Below, one piece after another: positions 34,560 to 42,344 of a DNA stretch of 42,344 nucleotides (its first letter is position 1; each line of letters begins with the position of its first letter). The notes below the pieces were generated by a model, which saw only the letters and a list, made by a program, of their open reading frames with translations, searched no databases and was not told the origin of the DNA. The translations under genes were made by a program, and so were the position numbers. Origin of the DNA: a virus (lineage: Duplodnaviria; Caudoviricetes); IMG/VR virus record IMGVR_UViG_3300008255_000041, positions 1-42,344 of that record. The stretch is one strand, 5' to 3'.

Positions 34560-37125
34560 TGGAGCGTTAAAATTTGATACAAAGGTAGACCAAGCGGGTT
34601 TTGTTAGCGGCATCGCCAACATCAAGAGCATCGCGCTATCCGCTATCAGCGTTATTGGTAGCGCGTTCGCGGCGGGTGCGATAGTTCAGGGCATGGCGCA
34701 GGTTGGAAGAGAGGGCATAGAGTTAGCATCCAGCCTGTCCGAAGTGCAGAACGTTATCGATGTCACGTTTGAAGATGGCGCACAGAGCGTAAACGACTTT
34801 GCAAAGAGCGCAAAGAACGCGTTCGGCTTATCCGAACTAGCGGCGAAAAAATACACAGGCACACTTGGCGCGATGCTAAAGAGCATGGGGCTTACGCTTG
34901 ACGCGGTTGGCGAAATGTCAACGGCTATGACGGGGCTTGCTGGCGACTTTGCATCGTTTTACAATATCTCGACTGATGAAGCGTTTCAGAAGATCAGGGC
35001 GGGCATCGCGGGCGAGACTGAACCGTTACGGCAACTCGGCATTAATATGAGCGTTGCCAATCTGGAGGCTTACGCGCTCGCGCAGGGCATCGACACGGCA
35101 TACGCAAGCATGACACAGGCAGAGCAAGCGACGCTGCGGTTTAACTACCTCATGAGCGTATCGGCTGACGCACAGGGCGACTTTGCCAGAACGAGCGACA
35201 GTTACGCCAACTCGCAGAGGCTTGCGGCACTTGCTACCGACGAGCTTAAAACCGCTATCGGAAATCGTCTCATACCTGTTGCGAAGCAGTTTCAGCAGGA
35301 GCTTGGCAAGATTGCTGGCGCGGCGGCTGATGCTATCGGACAGCGCGGACTAGCTGGATTTATCGACGTAATTACGGACAGGTTCCCGCTTGCTACTTCG
35401 GCGGCAGCTGGATTGGCTGCTTCTATGGCGGCGTTACTGATTATCAACGTTCTAACTCCGGGCGTTAAGGCACTCGCGGCAGCACAAAAAATTCTAAACG
35501 CCGTAATGAGCGCAAGCCCCGTTTTCATTCTTGTAACGGCGGTTGGTGCTTTGGTTGGCGCGATTACGTTGCTGAACAAAAGATACGAGGAACTTCATCC
35601 AGAAGCTGCACAGGCACTGGACGATGTTGGTGAGCTGACGAACAAAGTCAAAACATCGAGTAACGCTTTCAGGGAATCCGCAGAAGAAATTGAATCAAGC
35701 AGACGCGGAACACTAGCCATGATTGACGCGCTTTCGCAAATGAGCGCGGAATACGGCGGGACATCAATTGAACAGCGCAAGATGCAATCTATCGTTGACC
35801 AGCTGAACGGTGCTATCAGCGGATTGAACCTTTCGTTTGACGCGCAAACAGGAAAGCTATCAACGAACACGGAAGCGTTGCGCACAATGACAGAGGCGCA
35901 ATATGAAGCGGCAAAAGGCGCGGCAGAGCTTGCAAGATACACCAGACTGCTGGAAGAACAGGCAGACGCGGAATACGCACTTAGACAGGCTAGAAAAGCG
36001 TTCTATGCTGCTGGTGATGGTTCTGGCGCAACGGTAGTGGAGCGACTGAAACTGAACAAAGCCGTGAGAGAAGCGCAGGACGCATACAACTCTGTTTCGG
36101 CTGAAATTCTAGACCTAAACGACAACCTAGAAAGCAACACGGCACTGACCGACGAATCAACGCAATCGCTGAACGCTCTCACCGAGGCAGAGCGAGAACT
36201 TGCGGACGAAGTTGATCGCATAGTTATCGGCGGCTACGATGTGACGGATGTGCTTGACGATATCGGCATGACCGCTGATGACGTAGCGGCGCGGCTTGAC
36301 AACTTCACGGCGGCGGCGACGAACATGTTTGATAAGATCAGCACCGAATCCAAGCTTAAAGTTTCAGAGATGATCGGAAACCTAGAGTTTAACGCAACGG
36401 CTTTGCAGGATTGGTCAGACAACATCGTTTATCTCGGTCAGAAGCTACCGAGCGACCTTTTACAACCGTTGATCGACAGTGGACCCGAAGACATGGCGGG
36501 CGTTCTGAACGAACTCGCGGGTGCATCAGACGAAGAACTCGGCGCACTGGTTGCGGCTTTTGAGAACGGCGGCGAGAATGCGAAAGACGCTTGGTTGCAG
36601 AGCTTGGGCGCGGGGCTTGACGGGGAAGAGAATCCGCTGCTCGGTGTGCTGGAGGGTGCAGATGATGCCGCGTCGGAAGCAGGCGAGGCGTTCGGACAGT
36701 CGCTTGTTACGTCCATTAAATCACAGAACTACAGCGGCGCGACAAGCTCACTCACAGACGCTTTCAAAAAGAGCTTTGAGAGCATCAAGGGTTCGTTCTC
36801 CGCGTTGCTGGAGCGTGTCCACTTTGATCTAGCCTACGCAATCGGCGGCGTGCGAATTGACCTTGCGTATCTGGCTTACGAGGTGGCAAAGGCAATGGAG
36901 CAAATCCCGACCGAGATCACAATCCGCGTCAATGTGGTTTACAGTTCGAGCGGAAGCGTCGGCGGGTTAACCGGCACAACCGGACAAACTGGCGCAATCG
37001 GTGGCGGGCTTGCTGGCGGTGTCTACGCTCCCATCACGATTGGCGGCGTTGTCGAGAGCGACACGCAGTTAGCAAACAGAATCACGCGGAACTTTGAAGA
37101 GGTAGTGTATGGCAGGAACAGTTGA
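34549..37125 (+). CDS. Tape measure protein (858 aa)
   Basis: MAYDG.LKFDTK.D; LAGDFASFYN; GETEPLRQLGI; Ala-rich helical. Confidence 0.9.
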   Translation: MAYDGALKFDTKVDQAGFVSGIANIKSIALSAISVIGSAFAAGAIVQGMAQVGREGIELASSLSEVQNVIDVTFEDGAQSVNDFAKSAKNAFGLSELAAKKYTGTLGAMLKSMGLTLDAVGEMSTAMTGLAGDFASFYNISTDEAFQKIRAGIAGETEPLRQLGINMSVANLEAYALAQGIDTAYASMTQAEQATLRFNYLMSVSADAQGDFARTSDSYANSQRLAALATDELKTAIGNRLIPVAKQFQQELGKIAGAAADAIGQRGLAGFIDVITDRFPLATSAAAGLAASMAALLIINVLTPGVKALAAAQKILNAVMSASPVFILVTAVGALVGAITLLNKRYEELHPEAAQALDDVGELTNKVKTSSNAFRESAEEIESSRRGTLAMIDALSQMSAEYGGTSIEQRKMQSIVDQLNGAISGLNLSFDAQTGKLSTNTEALRTMTEAQYEAAKGAAELARYTRLLEEQADAEYALRQARKAFYAAGDGSGATVVERLKLNKAVREAQDAYNSVSAEILDLNDNLESNTALTDESTQSLNALTEAERELADEVDRIVIGGYDVTDVLDDIGMTADDVAARLDNFTAAATNMFDKISTESKLKVSEMIGNLEFNATALQDWSDNIVYLGQKLPSDLLQPLIDSGPEDMAGVLNELAGASDEELGALVAAFENGGENAKDAWLQSLGAGLDGEENPLLGVLEGADDAASEAGEAFGQSLVTSIKSQNYSGATSSLTDAFKKSFESIKGSFSALLERVHFDLAYAIGGVRIDLAYLAYEVAKAMEQIPTEITIRVNVVYSSSGSVGGLTGTTGQTGAIGGGLAGGVYAPITIGGVVESDTQLANRITRNFEEVVYGRNS

Positions 37126-37966
37126 ACCAACACAAGTTAAACTTGATATCGGCGTAAACTCCATCCAAACGGGCGATAGCTACGACTGGAATTTAACGCA
37201 CATCGTTGAAGACACATTCATGGTTGCTGATGTCCAGATTGGTCAGTACGCCAATAAAGACGGCGGGTACTTCAAAAAGCGTCGTTTCCAACCGCGTGAA
37301 ATTGTGATGTACATCCAGAGCAAGTTAAACAGCCCCGCACAGATTGATGCTACATGGTTGCAGCTTAGAAGTTACATGAACGCTAAGCGCGACGGTGCAA
37401 TCACGTTATACAAACACGGTGTTGTGCGGACTGCGGCGGGTGCTATCACAAGCGTGAAGAAGCGCGACGAAGAGGGCATGAAATGGAACGTTCCCGCTGA
37501 TATCAGAGTTGAGTTTACGTGTCCGGACCCGTGGCTATTGAGTGAGGACATTGAACGGGCGTTCAGCGCGGAGATACCGCTATTCATGGCACCGTTTACA
37601 ATCATTGCGGCGGGATACACTCCGAGCGTGGTTTCTTCTGGTAATGAACTGACTTTCACGGTGAGCGGCGACGACGAACCGGGGTTCCTGCTGACGCTGA
37701 CCGCAACGGGCGCGTGCGTGAATCCGAAAGTGACCAATCTCGCGGGTGAGTACGTTCGCGCTATCAAGACGCTGGCAGACGGCGACGTGCTGACAATCTA
37801 CACGGGCGCGAAACCGTATGTCAAGTGTAACGGCGCGTGGTGTTCTCGTGACAGGCTTTCGACTTTCTTCCCGCTTGACATCGGCACGAACACGCTCACG
37901 ATCAGCGCGGACAGCGGCGTTGCAAACTTGATCCCAGAAATTGAGTACGCAGAGAGGTATCAATGA
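37109..37966 (+). CDS. Distal tail protein (Dit)
   Basis: Follows TMP; FTCPDPW, NPKV.N, L.IGTN.L. Confidence 0.8.
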   Translation: MAGTVEPTQVKLDIGVNSIQTGDSYDWNLTHIVEDTFMVADVQIGQYANKDGGYFKKRRFQPREIVMYIQSKLNSPAQIDATWLQLRSYMNAKRDGAITLYKHGVVRTAAGAITSVKKRDEEGMKWNVPADIRVEFTCPDPWLLSEDIERAFSAEIPLFMAPFTIIAAGYTPSVVSSGNELTFTVSGDDEPGFLLTLTATGACVNPKVTNLAGEYVRAIKTLADGDVLTIYTGAKPYVKCNGAWCSRDRLSTFFPLDIGTNTLTISADSGVANLIPEIEYAERYQ

Positions 37967-39921
37967 GCCAGTACAACAAAGTTATCACATTGCTTGATGG
38001 TTCCTTCGCGGTGTATGGTGATCCCATCGCCGCGTGGGAATCGTTGGCGTACTCTGACGCGTGGGATAAACACGGCACGATCTCGCTTGTCGCGGAGATG
38101 GACTACTTTGCTCAATTAAGCGGCGCGTCGTGGATGGAAATTGACGGCAGAGTGTACGAAGTTGAGACGATCACCAGCGAGGATGCTGACAGCACCGTCA
38201 AGGTCACGGGGTGTTCGCTGAACGTGCTGTTTGACCGAATCGTTATTACGGCTAAGGAGAGGCTACAGGGGCGTTTAGAAGAGCGCATAAGGTATTTGGT
38301 CAACAAGTACGCGATAACGGGCACACAAGCCGTGACAGGGCTTGAATTAGGCACTGACAACGCATATGCCCGCGCGATGGATGCAACGACCATCCCGTGG
38401 CAGACGTTGAGCGAGTTTCTGTACACGCAACTCAATCAGCGCGGGTTCTCTTACGAGATCACGTGCGACTGCTCAACGGGTGCGCTCGTGTTCAATATCA
38501 CGCAAGCACTCGACCGAACGCAAGACCAGACAGTCAACCCGCCTGTCCAGCTTTCCACGACAGCGGAGATCGAAAAGGCGACCTACAAAAAGTCGATCAA
38601 GGATTTTCGCAATTACGCAATCGTTCACGACGATGACCCCGACAATCCGCAAGTGGTTGAGGTTGATTTGTCTAACGGCGCGGCAAAGCGTGTGATGACC
38701 GTTTCGGGTCGTGCTGTTGGTGCGGACGAAAGCGAAGCGACAAACCTATTTGTAATGGTTGGAGCAACAGGTAAAATTTGGACATCGACAGATGGAATCA
38801 CGTGGGCAAGCCAGACGAGCGGAACTACGGAAAATCTGTATGCCGTCGATTACGTTAACGGTAATTTTGCGGTTGGAGCAGAAAACGGTAAGGTTTTGAC
38901 ATCAATCGATGCAACAACGTGGGCTGTTGTATCAACTGGTTCGGTAAACGCAATAGAGGGCGTAACCTATGACGATGGGATGTATTTTGCGTTTGATTCG
39001 ATGGGTAATATTTATTATAGTTACGATGCTTCCACTTGGACGTATGCAGACACGTCAACTCAAAAGATTGTCAATTCCGTCTCTGCGAGTAACAGGGTAG
39101 TTACATTTTCAGCAGTTCCAACGGGAATATCGATGGGAACTTCTTATGACGGAAAAAATTGGAAGTTCAACATACAAGACGAGGGAGAGGTTACGACAGG
39201 TGGCACAATTACAAGAACTGTGAAATATAAAGATATTATTGTCGCCGTTGGATTTGTTACTGTGAGTGGAACTAATTATCCTGCAACTTCAATATCTAGC
39301 GATGACGGCATAACCCACACTCCACACGTTATAAGCTCTTTTTCTGGTTTCAAATTTTTAGACGCGGCAGTAGGAAAAGGCTTAATCGTCGCGATTGGGC
39401 AAACAAATAAAATCGCTTATTCGTATGATGGAATCACGTGGACTGATTGCACGCCAGCCGATACGATTGATTATATTGCTGTCGCTTTCAACGGAACCAA
39501 CTTCTATGCGTACGGCTACTCTACGCACAAGGTTGCAATATCATCGGACGGCATTAACTGGACAACGCAGACAACACCCACAATCACGACGAACGTTGAT
39601 GCAGTTACCTACGGCACGTCCTCCCACTCTGGCAACCTCTACCAAGTCGGCGTGGACGCGTTGCAATCCTCTGTTGTGGTCGAAGCGTTAGACGGTGATG
39701 TGAACCAAGAACTTGCACCAGAGTACGAAATCGATTATAATATAGGTGACGTAATAGACACTCTCGATCCTGTCCGAAACATCGCGGCAACGAAGCGCGT
39801 GTATTCGGTGGATCACATCATCGACAAGAATAATGATTACGCAATCGTGCCGAAACTCGGAAAAGACTTCCTGACGTTACGGCAGCTTATAGCAAAGGAG
39901 ATCAAAAACAATGGCATTTAA
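37963..39921 (+). CDS. Tail hub/Tal (ReqiPepy6 Gp37-like) with an inserted Asp-box beta-propeller
   Basis: Follows Dit; DRT..Q..N.PV.LS, N.A.V, DYNIGD; seven S.D(G)..W-like boxes in 38740-39620. Confidence 0.75.
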   Translation: MSQYNKVITLLDGSFAVYGDPIAAWESLAYSDAWDKHGTISLVAEMDYFAQLSGASWMEIDGRVYEVETITSEDADSTVKVTGCSLNVLFDRIVITAKERLQGRLEERIRYLVNKYAITGTQAVTGLELGTDNAYARAMDATTIPWQTLSEFLYTQLNQRGFSYEITCDCSTGALVFNITQALDRTQDQTVNPPVQLSTTAEIEKATYKKSIKDFRNYAIVHDDDPDNPQVVEVDLSNGAAKRVMTVSGRAVGADESEATNLFVMVGATGKIWTSTDGITWASQTSGTTENLYAVDYVNGNFAVGAENGKVLTSIDATTWAVVSTGSVNAIEGVTYDDGMYFAFDSMGNIYYSYDASTWTYADTSTQKIVNSVSASNRVVTFSAVPTGISMGTSYDGKNWKFNIQDEGEVTTGGTITRTVKYKDIIVAVGFVTVSGTNYPATSISSDDGITHTPHVISSFSGFKFLDAAVGKGLIVAIGQTNKIAYSYDGITWTDCTPADTIDYIAVAFNGTNFYAYGYSTHKVAISSDGINWTTQTTPTITTNVDAVTYGTSSHSGNLYQVGVDALQSSVVVEALDGDVNQELAPEYEIDYNIGDVIDTLDPVRNIAATKRVYSVDHIIDKNNDYAIVPKLGKDFLTLRQLIAKEIKNNGI

Positions 39922-40873
39922 GAGCGGGGTATTCACATCAACGAGCGGCGCGGTGAACGGCGACGGTATCTTTGTTGGAAACAAGGCTGTGGACGCTGCG
40001 TTTCTCGCAAATAGACACAAAAAGATGCTAGGCAACGGAATATCGCTAGACCCGACAAGTTCGTTCTACGTTGCTCCAAAAACGGGATTAACCGCGACGG
40101 TTAGTGCTGGCTGGGGCACGATGGAGGGTTACGACTTCGAGGAAACGACCGACTACGATATCACAATGACTTCGTCCACGAGCGATCAGACGATTTATAT
40201 CGGCGTTCGTCTCGATGAAGCAACGGGCGAGTTTACCGACAACCACGTAGCGGCACGGACAACGTTTGTCGCGGCGACAGACAGAGTGTTTGCAATCATC
40301 GTGATCCCCGCGAACGCGGTCACGCTCACAAGCGCGATGATTACCGACACGCGCAACAGCACGACGTACTGCGGCACGGTCAACGCACAGCGCGAAGCAC
40401 TTGCCGCGTTGCAGGAAGAGTACACGGAAAAGCTTGAAGTGCTGGAATCCACGGGTATCCCGATTCACGCGACGTCGCACGAATATGGCGAGACTGATGC
40501 GCTCGATCCGTCTGCGATTGGTCAGTATGGGTTGGCGCAACTTGGGAGTGATAGCAAGGTTGCTAATACATATACCACGCTTGCATATCAGACGAAAAGC
40601 GCAAATTACGAACTGGTAGCGGGCGACGAACACAAGATCACGGAATTTACCGCAACGGCGAACTGCACTATTCCCGCAAGCACTTTTGACGTTGGCGTGA
40701 TTATCCCCGTTTGCAACTCGTCAGGCACGTTGACGATTGTCGCGGGTTCTGGCGTTACGCTCGTCAAAGTCGGCGGTTATGCATCTGCAGCGGCGAACGC
40801 GGCTATCTCGCTCGTTCACCTCACTGGCACTGGAACGGAAACTTGGCTGGTTGTGGGGGCGACTGCAACATGA
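39911..40873 (+). CDS. Baseplate/tail fibre protein
   Basis: GL..TVSAGWG..EGY; I.IPA....LT...ITDTR...YCG.V. Confidence 0.65.
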   Translation: MAFKSGVFTSTSGAVNGDGIFVGNKAVDAAFLANRHKKMLGNGISLDPTSSFYVAPKTGLTATVSAGWGTMEGYDFEETTDYDITMTSSTSDQTIYIGVRLDEATGEFTDNHVAARTTFVAATDRVFAIIVIPANAVTLTSAMITDTRNSTTYCGTVNAQREALAALQEEYTEKLEVLESTGIPIHATSHEYGETDALDPSAIGQYGLAQLGSDSKVANTYTTLAYQTKSANYELVAGDEHKITEFTATANCTIPASTFDVGVIIPVCNSSGTLTIVAGSGVTLVKVGGYASAAANAAISLVHLTGTGTETWLVVGATAT

Positions 40874-41661
40874 ACAACATTGAGTTTTTTATGAGCTGTT
40901 GCGCTCGTCAACTTGGATTCACTGAATCTGACTTCACCTATGACGGAACCTATACGTGGGTCGATGACGGCGGCGGTGATTGGCGGCTGAAATTCCTCAC
41001 AAGCGGCACGTTCACGCCGTTGAAAAGTGCCGACATCGATATATTTATTCTTGGCGGTGGCGCGGGCGGTAGAAATGCAAGTTCGCAACCGGGTGGCGGC
41101 GGCGGCGGCGGATACACCAACACGCAACTTAATAACCCGATAGTTGCTGGAACTGGTTACACAATCACGATTGGAAACGGAGGAATCCCGAACGCTGGCG
41201 GTGCAGCTTCTTCGGCGTTTACGTACTCCGCAAATGGTGGTTCTGCAAGCCAAACTTTTTATTACGGTCAAAACGGTGGCTCCGGTGGCGGTGCTGGCGT
41301 AAACGGTGGATATACTGCGGCTGGTGCTGGAGGTTCTAACGGAGGCAACGGTGGTGCTTCTGGTGCTTATAACGGAGGAACTGGTCAGGGGACAACCACG
41401 AGAGAGTTTGCCGAAGTCACAGGAACGCTTTATGCGGGAGCTGGCGGCGGCGGTGGTGGACAATATAGTGGAAGTCCCAACGGCGGCGCTGGAGGTGCTG
41501 GCGGCGGAGCGAATGGCGGAAACAAGCAAGGCGGCACAGGATATAGTGCAAGCGCAAACACCGGCGGCGGTGGCGGCGGAGCCGGAAAACGCGATGATGG
41601 AGCTTCTGTCAGCGGCGGTTCTGGCGGCTCTGGCATCGTAGTAATCAGGAACAAGAGGTAA
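40870..41661 (+). CDS. Glycine-rich tail fibre/adhesin
   Basis: F.TSGTF...D.F..GGGAGG...GGSGIVVIR. Confidence 0.75.
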   Translation: MNNIEFFMSCCARQLGFTESDFTYDGTYTWVDDGGGDWRLKFLTSGTFTPLKSADIDIFILGGGAGGRNASSQPGGGGGGGYTNTQLNNPIVAGTGYTITIGNGGIPNAGGAASSAFTYSANGGSASQTFYYGQNGGSGGGAGVNGGYTAAGAGGSNGGNGGASGAYNGGTGQGTTTREFAEVTGTLYAGAGGGGGGQYSGSPNGGAGGAGGGANGGNKQGGTGYSASANTGGGGGGAGKRDDGASVSGGSGGSGIVVIRNKR

Positions 41662-41663
41662 TT

Positions 41664-41807
41664 ATGGCACACCGCGCAGAAGTAATTGAACTCCGCGAAC
41701 AATGGTGGAGAAACGAAATCAGCTCATGCGAATTGTGGGCTTGTGTAAACAGCGGCTACATCACTCAAAAAGAGGCGTTGTGGATTATGAACTCTGCGCA
41801 GGATTAA
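41664..41807 (+). CDS. XkdX-like small protein, 47 aa (not in ORF track)
   Basis: W......L..CV..GYIT.KEA..I; RBS GAGG. Confidence 0.55.
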   Translation: MAHRAEVIELREQWWRNEISSCELWACVNSGYITQKEALWIMNSAQD

Positions 41808-41823
41808 GAAAGAGGCTTGAAAG

Positions 41824-42344
41824 ATGACGAACTTATTCAGCGTCAGCGGGCAGACGTTGACACCTATCGAGGTTTATCCGGCGGTATCTGATACCGTCAA
41901 CTATCTGACGTTCTCATTCGTGTTTAACGACGAGTGGGACGGACTGACCAAGAGCGCGATTTTCACGAACGGCGCAAGCTCGTATGAAGTTGTTTTGACC
42001 GACGATGAAGTGTTGGAAAGCGACCACGTGAATCTTTCTGCGGGCGTTTGGCAGATCAACGTTGTCGGTGATACCGTTGTTGACGCTGTTGTCACGCGGC
42101 AGATTACGACCAGTTACTATAATTTCCCCGTTGCGCAGTCGGTTGGAACGAGCGGCGAAACGTTCCCGCCGTCGATTGCAAATCAGGTTTACATTAACGT
42201 CAACCAAGCAACGCCGCAAACGTTCGTCGGCGGTATTCCGAAACTCGCGGCTGATCGCGTGATTGACTTAGATAACGAGCTTGCCGATAAAAAGTATGTA
42301 GACGATACCGTTGCGACCGTGACCCGCGACAGCTTAGGGCTTGA
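41824..42344 (+). CDS. 5' part of the tail fibre/SGNH protein (BppU-like N-terminus), continues at window start
   Basis: MTNLFSVSGQTL...NYLTFSFVF..EWDGLTKSAIF; open to the end of the window. Confidence 0.8.
   Translation, partial: MTNLFSVSGQTLTPIEVYPAVSDTVNYLTFSFVFNDEWDGLTKSAIFTNGASSYEVVLTDDEVLESDHVNLSAGVWQINVVGDTVVDAVVTRQITTSYYNFPVAQSVGTSGETFPPSIANQVYINVNQATPQTFVGGIPKLAADRVIDLDNELADKKYVDDTVATVTRDSLGL
42222..42344. repeat. Terminal direct repeat, copy 2
   Basis: Identical to 1-123. Confidence 0.95.

Noticed and set aside
42222-42344. 123-bp terminal repeat as a biological direct terminal repeat
   Set aside because: It falls mid-gene with the frame preserved, which is best explained as assembly overlap of a circular or permuted genome

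Overview
This window is a complete, circularly assembled genome of a tailed dsDNA phage (siphovirus-like), about 42.2 kb. Bases 1-123 are repeated exactly at 42222-42344. The sigma-A-type promoters, strong GGAG(G) ribosome binding sites and gene families point to a Bacillota (probably Clostridia) host; this is inference. Essentially all credible genes are on the + strand. Gene order: tail fibre with SGNH domain (spans the junction), metallophosphoesterase and lysis cassette (1.9-4.7 kb), early genes, recombination/replication (Gp157, Sak-like, NinB-like, HNH, SSB, HTH, initiator with iterons, DnaC-like, RusA-like), SNF2-like helicase and DNA methyltransferase, a chain of small overlapping accessory ORFs (15.6-22 kb), a ~0.9 kb mostly non-coding transcription unit (21952-22897), then terminase, portal, head and tail genes. 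I recognise no integrase, CI repressor, reverse transcriptase or CRISPR array. The most striking feature is the non-coding unit: a promoter-to-terminator array of tRNA-like and tmRNA-like folded RNAs, none a canonical tRNA. Three of them start at a repeated TTAA(G/T)TTTG linker, and the unit also carries a small hydrophobic peptide ORF and a perfect 27-bp inverted repeat. Other points of interest are 18-38 bp repeats that delimit swappable modules in the accessory ORFs, a shared ATGCGCGTAT box in four promoters, two tandem tail-tube paralogues, and a beta-propeller inserted into the Tal/hub protein. All family calls are from motifs read by eye, with no database search.
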